A stretch of 64,000 nucleotides of DNA from Camelus dromedarius. Taxonomy: Eukaryota. Both the position numbers and the translations under genes were made by a program. Below the pieces are notes generated by a model, which had not been told where the DNA came from, made no database searches, and saw only the letters and a list, made by a program, of their open reading frames with translations. The DNA lies in assembly GCF_036321535.1 (NCBI RefSeq), contig NC_087437.1, forward strand, positions 18,726,001 through 18,790,000, read 5' to 3'. Below are positions 53,181 through 64,000 of the stretch, one piece after another; position 1 is the first letter of the stretch, and each line of letters starts with the position of its first letter.

Positions 53181-56100
53181 GTTTTTAAAAGTGAGAGAAA
53201 TAGATGAAACAAGAGAGGCAAAACGTTCGTAGTATTTACTGAAGCTAGGTGATGAACAGTACATTGTATTACTCCTCTGCTTTGGTATACGTTTGCAATT
53301 TTTTGTAACAAAAAGGTTTTGTTATATCCCACTTATCCCACTTACCAGCTCTGTGAATTTTGGCAAGTTAAATTTCCTGAGTCTCCATTAACCAAAAAAG
53401 TGATTAATAATAAAATGTACCTCCTGGTAACACTGTGAAAACTGAAGAAGCTAATATGTAAGAGCCTGACACACTGCAGGTTCTAGTAAATGACAGCTTT
53501 CTTTCCTCCCTGAACATCCTTGCCTTTACTGATTCCTCCCTCCTAATTCTTACACCCCATAGTCCAGACCTATTACACTGACACTGTCATAGAGGTTCTG
53601 AATCTTTCAGATGAGTCAGTCTTGTTTCTGCAGGCAAAACAGCACATCAATTAGACTGTGGTCTCAGAGTCTAACAGCTTTGTTGTGAAACCTGGCTCCA
53701 TCAGCTACTAGCAGAGAGATCTTAGGCAAATCATCCATCCTCTCCCTACTTAAATTCCCTTAATCTGTGAAATGGTGAAAACAACAGTAACTACCCCATC
53801 ACATAATTATGAAAATTGAGTAAAGAATGTCTGGAACATAGTAAGTCCAGTGTTTGTCGCTATTTATTTTATTTTAATTCAAAAATTGTTCTTCTGAGCT
53901 ATCAGTTACATATTTTCAATTACTTTTGTTTCCCCCAAAAGTGATATGTACAGAGCAGCCATCTGTAATTGCTTAATGAATTTAAGACAAACATTATTAT
54001 CCCTACTCCTACAATTATTTTAAAAATAGCTCACAGGATCATAGAATTAATAATAGCTAAAGGAGAGTACTTAACTATGTGTCAGCATTCTACTAAGTCC
54101 ATTATATGCATTACTGTATTTTATCCTTACTATTACCCTGTGGTAATAATTCTACTCCTTAAGGAAGCATCCTACACTTACAGAACTTGAGATCTCATGG
54201 ATTAAAAAGTGGCAGTCCTGGAATCTGAACTTGGGGCTAACTCTATAGCAGGTGAGCCCTATACCACACTCTACATAGTAACTATTAAAGCACCAGAAAA
54301 AAAAGTGTAAGACATTTAACCATAACAAACCATATTATGCTGACTGTGAGATCCTTGAGGGCTGTCATTCTTTTTAAATTAGTCTCTCACCACAGTGTAC
54401 AGAGAAACCACTATACTCAGGAATTCTAAACTGATCAACTTTCACAGACGTGAACAAAACTCCACAAAGTTACTACAGAGGTCATTTAACAGTCACTGAT
54501 CCTGGAACTGCTATAGGCAAATCACTGCAAAACAGCCTTTACAGATTGTCTTCAGTGGAAGAGCTTCTCAACTTTGCAAGAATTAGGCATTCAAGAAGTA
54601 TCTGTGGAATGAAAACATGCTACATCAAATTATAAAGAACATGTTTTGCTTATATTCAAATACCACCATGCAGAGACAAACAGGGGAAAGCCATCTCCTG
54701 AACACCAAGCCACAGCAATTACTACATATAAATCTGGAGTTGTCAACAAAAGCTGAGAGGACAAACAAAAGTTAGCATTTAAAATTGAGATAGGTTTGTG
54801 AAATATAAGCCATCTGTCATAGAATTACAATCAAGATAAACCTGTATACTCCCGGATTTCTTCGGCACAAATTTTTGGCAAAATTCTCACAAGTTAAACC
54901 AAAATCACCTAACAAGTATCAATAGTAATACAGGAAAGCAAAACTATAAAAACAAAAACTCTGAGATCTCATCCTTACCAGACAGCTGGAAATGGTAAGG
55001 CTCCCTGCATTTCTGGAGTCCAGAGTAGCAATCTTTTCAGAGACTGACTGTACCTCATCATCCTACAGCCTCAACTCCCCAGATTCAAAATTCTAAACTT
55101 CTCAGGTATTAGAGGAAAAGGCACTATGGTAGACATTAAGAATTTCTTGATGAAGCAGCTATATCTAAAATGAATTACAAGAATGAATTCATGGGCCCCT
55201 ACCTTCCTTACTCTCTAGATCTGTCATTCAACACTCCAATACATACTATCCTTAATCCAGCCTCGCTGAGCTGCTGGTACTTGCCAGCATGTCCCATATT
55301 CTCTCCTGCCTCCTATCTTAAACCTATCATCTCCTGTCCCTAGGATGTCCTCAACTACACATCTCCTGACCAAACTCTTAACTCTTCTCAACTCTTGGAA
55401 TCCTTCCCTAATACTCCTCTGTGTGCCCAAGCACTATCTGTGCCAAAGCAGGAGGACACAACGTTGAAGTCTGTTGCTTAGTGATAGCTCCTCAACTTCG
55501 TATTATTTCCAGCTCAGTAAGTGTTTACTTATGGCTGAATGAATGAATGAATCAAATTCTATGGAAGTTGCTAGTAGAATAATTATATTGGATCATTAAA
55601 ACTGTGATTTAAATCATGCCTGACAGGAAAAAATTAACTACATGGCTTTCAATGTAGTCTTTCAGCACCTAGTATAAGAAATACCATAAACAGCTTCCAA
55701 AGATGACATCTTTACATGAAGTGAAGGTAATATTTTACCAATACATAGACAAAATGCCACATACATCTAGCTCTCCTAGAACTCCTTATATTGAAAAAAC
55801 TGAAATGATTTAATCCAGAAATCATTTAAGTTTATTTGCATAAGACTTCACAAAATCTCAATCTGTATTTTGTAGTGGGTATGTCTTCCCAAATAAAAAA
55901 ATAAAATGGAAAAATAATAACAAACATACAGAATTCTGATTGCCTAATGCCACTTTGTCTCCAATCCATAAGCTCCTGTCATGTGGAGAAACATCAAATG
56001 GGTTTCACCAAGTACTGTATCCCAACTGTGTTGCAATTCCAGTAATGTTAAAAGCATTTCCAGAAGTATGTATTTTCAACTAATGTTTGACTACAGAAGT

Positions 56101-57212
56101 GCTTATTCCCATAAAATGGCATTTTCTATTAAATTTAGACAGACTGGGGAACTCCCATGATGTGAAAGGATAACCATTATCTTTAATATAGAGAAAAAGA
56201 AAACAGGATTTCACTTTAGAAAAATTCACTAAGCTCTAAATTTATGTTTTATAAGTTTTTGTATATCTATGCTATACTTCAAAATCAGAATGTCTTAAAT
56301 ACTTAAAACCTGCAAAGTAAGTTGCAAAGGTCACATGTGTTTCTTCTGCCATCTCAAAATGCATAGTAAAGTTTAATCCTTTAGCTTTATAGTTAACTAT
56401 GGTCTTTGCTTACTAAAGCAACATTACACCAATCTCCAAAATCAATTCCCTTACCTTCAGTTTCAAGCACAAAATTCTCACATTCAAAATGTCAACTTTT
56501 TGATGTAAAATCTTCAGAAAGATTCTAATCATTCATAGAAATACTGATGATGCTAGTAAAGCAATACTGTGTTTAAATGAAACCTAGAAATGTTTTCCTC
56601 AACCAGGAGTAAATTATCAAAGGGAATACAGTCAGCCTTCCATATCCACGGGTTTCACATTCACAGTTTCAACCAATCATGGATTCAAACAACCATGAAT
56701 TCAACCAACCATGGATCAAAATTTCACAGATACAGAGGGCTGACTGTATTCACCATACTACACCATTTTATATGAGGGATTTGAGTGTCAGCAGATTTTA
56801 GTATCTGTGCGGGTTCCTGGGACCAAACCTCCATGGATACTGAAGGTGAACTACATTGCTAGGTTACATCTGGCTCTGTAAATTTCTACTTTGATATTAT
56901 CATATTAATAATTTACTAATAACAGAATCAAAATGGATTGTCAGATTCTATGACTTTGTAAACACATCACATAGGCATACAGCATGTAATTACAGTCTAA
57001 CATATAGGTTGTACTTGTGTATCACCTTTAATAAAAGCACTTTTATTAGATCAGTTCTCAAGGTTTTCAAAGTACTTTAAGCTAAATACTACCTAGAATA
57101 GTTTTCAATCCTCTCATATTCAATATTCTTTTTATATAAATATTTAAAAAATCTGAAATGAAGTTATTAATTTACATACATATATATCCAATTTCAATAT
57201 AAACCCATTTAA

Positions 57213-58543
57213 GTCTCTTCAGAAAATGGTATTGGGAAAACTGGACAGCAGCATGTAAAACAATGAAGCTAGAACACTCCCTTACACCATATACAAAAAT
57301 CAACTTAAAATGGATCAAAGACTTAAACATAAGACAAGATACAATAAACATCCTAGAGGAAAACATAGACAAAACATTATCTGACATACATTTCAAAAAT
57401 TTTCTCCTAGAAGAAATAAAAGCAAGAATAAACAAATGGGACCTAATGAAACTTACAAGCTTCTGCACAGCAAAGGAAACCAGAAGTAAAACAAGAAGAC
57501 AACCTACGGAATGGGAGAAAATTTTTGCAAATGAAACCGACAAAGGCTTGATCTTCAGAATATATAAGCAGCTCATACGACTCAATGAGAAAAAAATAAA
57601 CAACCCAATCCAAAAATGGGCAGAAGACCTAAACAAGCAATTCTCCAAGGAAGACATACAAATGATCAAAAGGCACATGAAAAAAAGCTCAATATCACTA
57701 ATTATCAGAGAAATGCAAATCAAAACTACAATGAGGTATCACCTCACACCAGTCAGAATGGCCATCATTCAAAAATCCACAACTGACAAATGCTGGAGAG
57801 GCTGTGGAGAAAGGGGAACCCTCCTACACTGCTGGTGGGAATGCAGTTTGGTGCAGCCACTATGGAAAACTGTGGAGATTCCTCAAAAGACTAGGAATAG
57901 ACTTATCATATGACCCAGGAATCCCACTCCTGGGCTTGTATCCAGAAGGAACCCTACTTCAGGATGACACCTGCACCCCAATGTTCACAGCAGCACTATT
58001 TACAATAGCCAAAACATGGAAACAGCCTAAATGTCCATCAACAGGTGACTGGATAAAGAAGATGTGGTATATTTATACAATGGAATACTACTCAGCCATA
58101 AAAACCAACAACATAATGCCATTTGCAGCAACATGGATGCTCCTGCAGAATGTCATTCTAAGTGAAGTAAGCCAAAAAGAGAAAGAAAAATACCATATGA
58201 GATCGCTCATATGTGGAATCTAAAAAACAAAAACAAAAACAAACAAACAAAAACAAAGCATAAATACAGGACAGAAATAGACTCATAGACAGAGAATACA
58301 GACTTGTGGTTGCCAGGGGGGTGGAGGGTGGGAAGGGATAGACTGGGATTTCAAAATTGTAGGATAAACAAGATTACACTATATAGCACAGGGAAATATA
58401 CACAAAATGTTATGATAACTCACAGAGAAAAAAACGTGACAATGAGTGTGTATATGTCCATGAATGACTGAAAAATTGTGCTGAACACTGGAATTTGACA
58501 CAACATTGTAAAATGATTAGAAATCAATAAAAAATGTTAAAAA
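57213..58543 (+). mobile_element. Young 5'-truncated LINE-1 (ORF2 C-terminus + 3'UTR + A tail)
   Basis: ORFs 57263-57913 and 57804-58223 encode the L1 ORF2p C-terminus ([37 protein letters not shown]), separated by a frameshift. TSD AATATAAACCCAT(T/A)TAA at 57196-57212 and 58544-58560. Confidence 0.95.
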
Positions 58544-61432
58544 AATATAAACCCATATAATAGCCTAATAGTAATACAAAGGGGAAATAAAAGAAAATAA
58601 TAATGTATATCTCAGTATATGAACACTTGGACATGACCATATCTCTGCATAATGATGTAGTCAGAGGTTTACATCTATACTTAGAATCACCATGGATATG
58701 ACAACTAACTACAATTACAGACTGATCCAGGTGTGTTGTACTGATGAACAAATACCACAAAAGCCACTGGTGCCACAAATTTTCCAAATCTATACTTTCC
58801 AAATCTATATCCTCCAAAATTAATGTATTAAAATAATGTAAAAAATACTTTGTATTATATTTTTATATAATATAAAGTTCAGATCTAGGTTCAAATAATA
58901 AGACTTTTCACCTATATGACTAACTGGAGGGTAACGCCAAAGCTGTGTTGTACATGAAATATGTTTCTGTTGTACATGACTATCCTATGCATTGCAGGAT
59001 GTTACATTAACCATTACATAATAGTAGCACCTCCTCCAATCACTACAGCAACAGCAAGTACAACAAAATCACCCCCACAAATATCATAAGCATCTTACAG
59101 GGGGTAGTTCACATTGTCCAGTTTCAGAACCACTGCTCTAGGACAATTCCTACTATTTCTCAAAGTAGTGAAAATGGGCACTCCACAATTTACCTAGACC
59201 TAATTGCAGTCTGTATTTAAAGTAGTGATGAACATAATTAACCACACATTTCTACTTGTCAATCAATGATGTTTCCTGAATTTGGCTGTGCTGTCTTTGG
59301 CTAATTCTTAAAGGGTAAAAGAAGCTCTAAGTCAAGAAAACTTCAGCCCCTTAACTGATCAGAGGAATCTAAGGCCAATATAACTAACTCTTAGTTTTCA
59401 AGACCCTTAGTAAACATACTGATGGGGTAGTCTAACCAAAACTACAGTGTAACTTGTAGCTCTTCAGGGCTTCATGCACAACACTTTAAAGGTAGATATT
59501 GAGAGGGGACATACTCACAAAATGTGCTGTGCTGTAATTAAAAATACAATGTCCTTTGTTTGACCTAAAACTCTGATACTGTTGCAAAACAAACAAGGCA
59601 GCAAACCGATAAATCTTTTATAAAGATATTCTGAAGAGAATTAAATTACTGCTATACCATTGAAAATAAAAAACATTCTAGTTCCTATTTCCCTTAGTCG
59701 CCCTTATTTTGGGCGACTAAGGGAAGCATCTCATACAAGAGTCCAGCCTAAGAAGTAACTCAGAGTTTCAGGTTAGGAGACACTTTAGGAGTTACAGACC
59801 CTTCTCAGCTTAAAGATAAGGAAACTAAGGCCCAGAGAAATTAAGTAAATTATCTAGGAGACACAGAGGCAGAGCCTAAACCAAGGTTTTCTAAGCAATT
59901 AACATACTTTTAAATTATTTTTTCTCTCCTTTTTTCTTTTCTTTAAAGGATATGTTCTTTACAGGGTTACCCTAACATAGCAAGATCCTCAGTCTTGTAT
60001 GGCTCTTCTATTTGAGCACAAGCAAATGATCAAAGGCTGAGGACAAGCATGAAACTACTATGAAAACTTTTCCAGGAAGCTATCAGAGGACACAGGAACT
60101 TCAGCAATGAAAATTAGCTCAGCTAAACCCTTAGACTGAAATTACAAACCCATATCCTGTCAATTGTTCACTGGCAGAAAGAGAGGAAAGGCTTTGAATG
60201 TTCTCAGCCTCCCTAGCAGTGTGCCAGCAGAACCACTGGATTTTACATCTTTAAGTCATGATAAGCAGAAATCAATATAAACCTGTTATACAGATGAACA
60301 AGTAGTTCAGACAAAAACTTATTTGGAAAACCATGGAAGAAATTTTGAGAGTCTGAAAGGGAAATTCTTAAAAATGAAATGTGATAGTATTTACCAATTA
60401 TTTCATTGCTATTATAAGACATAGCCAGAAGACAAGTTAATGTTCATAAAAGAACTGCAAGGGGCAGTGTACTTATCATGAACACTACATTTACTATCTC
60501 TGCCTTTAGGGTTCAATCACAGTAAGTGATGGGATTTGGATTTATCTGGGCTTCAGTCCTCACCCCCTACACTGGACCCAACTGTTCAAAGACATCAGCC
60601 TCATTTGTTGATTTGTTTACAATGAAGTATGCGTTATACTGAGTGCTGAAAAACTGAACAGTGTAGAACTTCATTTGTTAAAGATGATTATTTTATGTGA
60701 ATCATTGTAATTCCATGTAAGAGACGCTCTAAAGTAATTCTACAAATTACTAAAGAGTAACTGCTAAAACATTACTACATACCTTATCATTTATACTGAA
60801 AAACATTTAAATTTATCCTCTTAAAATAGACAGTGGTCCTAGAACCAGCTTTTAGAAAATATCTGCAAATATGCACTGAACCTTGAAAACAAGGTAAGCC
60901 TACTAATCCGGTAATATACCTATTTAGAAGCTTGAATTCAGAAAAATTTTCATATACAAAGTAAAATATACAAATATGACAAACTTGCAAATAATCTAAC
61001 TGCCCAAACATTAAGAAACAGACAATGATATACCCACTTGATAGCACAGTGAGCAGCCTTTTGAACTATTGTTTGTCAAATGTGTATAATACGATGGAAA
61101 TAAATGATACAGAAAGAGCAAAATATAAAACAGTACAAAAAGTATAATTAGAATTCTATTTACTGTAAAAGAGGAAAAAACCATGAGTACAATCTAATGC
61201 ATGGAAATATAGGCTGGAAAACCAGAGGGTGGGAGGGGAAGGGAGTAGAAGGAGAGATAGATGAAGGTAGTCAAGAGGTACAAACTTCCAGTTATAACTT
61301 AAAAGTACTAGAGAGCTAATGTACAACATGATAAAAATAACCAGCACTACTATATGACACATATGAAAGTTAAGAGAGTAAATCTTAAGAGTTCTCATCA
61401 CAAGGGAAAAAAAAACATTTTTTCTGTTTCTT

Positions 61433-61582
61433 GGGGGAAGGTATAGCTCAAGTGGTAGAGTGCATGCTTAGCACGCATGAGGTCCTGGGTTCAACCCTAG
61501 TACCTCCTCTAAAAATATCAATAATAATAATAATTAGAAAACCTAATTACCTCCCCCAGGGGAAAAAAAAGAAAAATAAATA
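61433..61582 (+). mobile_element. tRNA-Ala-derived SINE (Vic-1-like), copy 6, nested in an L1 3'UTR
   Basis: GGGGGAAGGTATAGCTCAAGTGGTAGAGTGCATGCTTAGCACGCATGAGGTCCTGGGTTCAA, with an AAACCTAATTACCTCCCCC tail. Confidence 0.87.
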
Positions 61583-61729
61583 ATTTGTTCTATTTTTTTA
61601 ACGTTGTATCTATGTGAAATAATGGCTCTTCACTAAACCTAACGTGGTAATCATTCCATGATATATGTAAATCAAATCATTGTTGTACACCTTAAACAGC
61701 ACTGTATGTCAAATATATCTCAATAAAAC

Positions 61730-61733
<4 letters not shown>

Positions 61734-61815
<82 letters not shown>

Positions 61816-61858
61816 GAAGGAAGAAAGGAAGGAAGAAAGAAAGAAAGGCTGGAAGGAA
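61734..61858 (+). repeat. (GAAA)n/(GGAA)n tetranucleotide microsatellite grown from an L1 poly(A) tail (L1 3'UTR about 61200-61733)
   Basis: About 20 perfect GAAA units directly after TATATCTCAATAAAACTGG. Confidence 0.93.
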
Positions 61859-62480
61859 ATACATTAACATAGTTCAAAAGTATAAATAAACATTTCCTTT
61901 TTTCAATGTTTCATTAATGAGAGCATACAGATTATACACTTTTCTTTTAAGTTCTATTATTCAGGACACTTATAATAGTCCAAAGGAAGAACTTAAGTTA
62001 GAGCTAGGCTATCCAGTCTTAATATGTCTGTGTTCATCAGTATTTCTAAACTACACATTTTTATTCTTATTATTTAATGTTAGTATAAATAGAATACATT
62101 TACAAATACTTAATATGCCTCTGTAAAACAAGTTTATTTATTATAAGCCAGATTTATTTCCACCTCTTTGAATGCAGAACAATTTTTTAAAAACACACTT
62201 AATACATCAAAATGGCTTCTGTGGCTAACCTAGACATTGACAAGAATAATTCCTTTTTTGCTTAAGCAATTTTTCTCTTTTAAAATTTTTCCCAAAAAAC
62301 AATCTATAATGCACAAAAACCTGGTACCCATCACAGTAAATACCCTGAAGAGGGAAAAAAAGCATATATCTAAAATTAAAGTGGTACAAATTTAAATAAA
62401 ATATATATTATTACTAAAGTTTCCCCTCCAAAAAAAAAAAAACAAATTACTCTCCTAAGGTATTAAAAGACATAGCTCCA

Positions 62481-63027
62481 CAAGATAGAGCTCCTGCAGG
62501 TCCTGAAGCACGGGCTGCAGCAGGTCAGCAGCCACGGCGGCCTCCGCGGCTACCTACGGATTTTATTCAGGGCAAATGATGTGAGGGTTGGTACATTAGT
62601 GGGGGAAGACAAATATGGAAACAAATACTATGAAGACAACAAGCAGTTTTTTGGCTGTCACCGATGGGTTATATATACCACTGAAATGAATGGCAAAAAC
62701 ACATTCTGGGATGTGGACGGAAGCATGGTGCCCCCTGAATGGCATCGTTGGCTTCACTGCATGACTGATGATCCTCCGACAACAAAACTACCTATTGCTC
62801 GTAAATTCATTTGGACAAACCATAAATTCAACGTGACTGGCACTCCACAACAATATGTACCTTATTCCACCACTAGAAAGAAGATTCAGGAGTGGGTCCC
62901 ACCTTCAACACCGTACAAATAAAGACAATTAAAAACATTTTAAACATGTAAAATGTGAGGCTTGCCATGTAATTGTACTTTTACTGCTTAGTATTAACGT
63001 CATTAAAATTGTTTGATTAAAAAAAAA
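62481..63027 (+). pseudogene. NDUFA12: Processed pseudogene (retrocopy) of NDUFA12, complex I subunit B17.2
   Basis: Intronless 145-codon frame at 62485-62922 ([57 protein letters not shown]...[11 protein letters not shown]) with ATA where the ATG should be. ATTAAA at 63002, poly(A) at 63019-63027, TSD AAAAGACATAG at 62465-62475 and 63024-63034. Confidence 0.95.
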
Positions 63028-64000
63028 GACATAGTTTCAAAGTATAAATTTTATATTATCACTCTATCATTCTCTTTAGTATAAGGTTCATCAATATTGG
63101 ACCAGATCCACAGAGGTTTTATTATTGAAATACTAAATGGTCCTTTTTATAATATGGTTTCACCTACATGTTTTTTCATACAGCTTGGATTTTATATCCT
63201 TGGATAACTTACTTAAGCTGACATTCAGTTCCCTAATTTACGAATAAGAATAGTAACATCCACTTTGCAGAGTTACTTTAAGGATTAAATAAAATAGCAC
63301 AAAAAAAGCACCCTTCATAGCACTTGACATTAAAAAAAAAGTACTCAATAATTGATGACTAAATATTAATTTACAATAAACCCTTTTCTTTCCAACAAAA
63401 GGGACAGCCATGCCTCCTATTCACAGCATACAATCAACAGCCTTGTTTGCTTCATGTGAAAGGAATTAGAGCAATGCTTCTTAAAAGGTGGTCTCTAATG
63501 ACTTACAGGTGGTTTACTCACATGCATTTCCAAGATTAATTACAATTTCTACAGAAATCCCACAGGGCTGTGTTGTTCAGTTTTTCCCTTGGGTAACAGT
63601 TAATGGGAAGCTTCCAAATCTTAGCAAATACACTTTTACTTCATTTCTGCTATAGCATTACTTTTGTTAAATATTTATTGTTACTATTATCCTGCATCAT
63701 TCATTTTAGTATCAGCAGCTCAAAACCAATTCAAAGAGACCAAAATTAGAGGGGCAAAATGCAAAGTTACATACCTTACAGCAAAACAAAAACAATTTTC
63801 ACAACTGCAAAAAAGGTTCCAATAATAATGTTAATGACAATACAAAAGAGAGAAAGTATAATGAGCTACTACAAAATTCCTTCATCAAACTACACACTGG
63901 GCATTGAGTAATATCAATGGCATACAACATGGCAGAGCAACTCCTACCTCGTGTGTATATTAGCAGAAGTTTTGCTTTATGAAGGTCAAAATCCCTAGAG

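Noticed and set aside
56455..56583. Possible 129-nt 5'UTR cassette exon (TTTCTAG ... AAG|GTAAGG)
   Set aside because: Short pyrimidine tract, and such site pairs are expected by chance in 64 kb; there is no other support.
57172..57723. 183-aa minus-strand ORF
   Set aside because: This is the usual antisense open frame of L1 ORF2 sequence.
61680..61889. KKER-repeat and FFLS-repeat ORFs
   Set aside because: Translations of a (GAAA)n microsatellite. The YIYI ORFs at 2982 and 34495 are likewise (TA)n translations.
62581..62922. 113-aa ORF as a functional NDUFA12 gene
   Set aside because: Starts at an internal GTG, the true start is ATA, and it is intronless with poly(A) and TSD, so it is a processed pseudogene.

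Overview
AT-rich, repeat-dense mammalian genomic DNA. It carries the 5' two-thirds of PIK3CB (PI3-kinase p110-beta catalytic subunit) on the minus strand: 12 consecutive GT-AG coding exons between 50684 and 1580 join into an uninterrupted 1892-nt frame (codons 1-631: ABD, RBD, C2 and start of the helical domain). The gene continues beyond the left edge, and the major promoter is probably beyond the right edge. Six tRNA-Ala-derived SINEs resemble the camelid Vic-1 family, suggesting camel/alpaca/llama (inference). Other content: a full-length NDUFA12 processed retrocopy with an open frame but an ATG>ATA start loss, a young 5'-truncated L1 with a 17-bp TSD, and many old L1, LTR and DNA-transposon fragments. 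I see no convincing new biological system. The best leads are (i) a 96-nt intronic ATG-initiated segment ending in a phase-0 GTAAG donor, a candidate alternative start exon for a truncated p110-beta, with a degenerate second copy 1.07 kb away; (ii) an overlapping uORF at the PIK3CB start; (iii) a perfect 26-bp hairpin; (iv) the NDUFA12 retrocopy. Repeat family names and comparisons to human or mouse proteins are from memory, and old-repeat boundaries are approximate.
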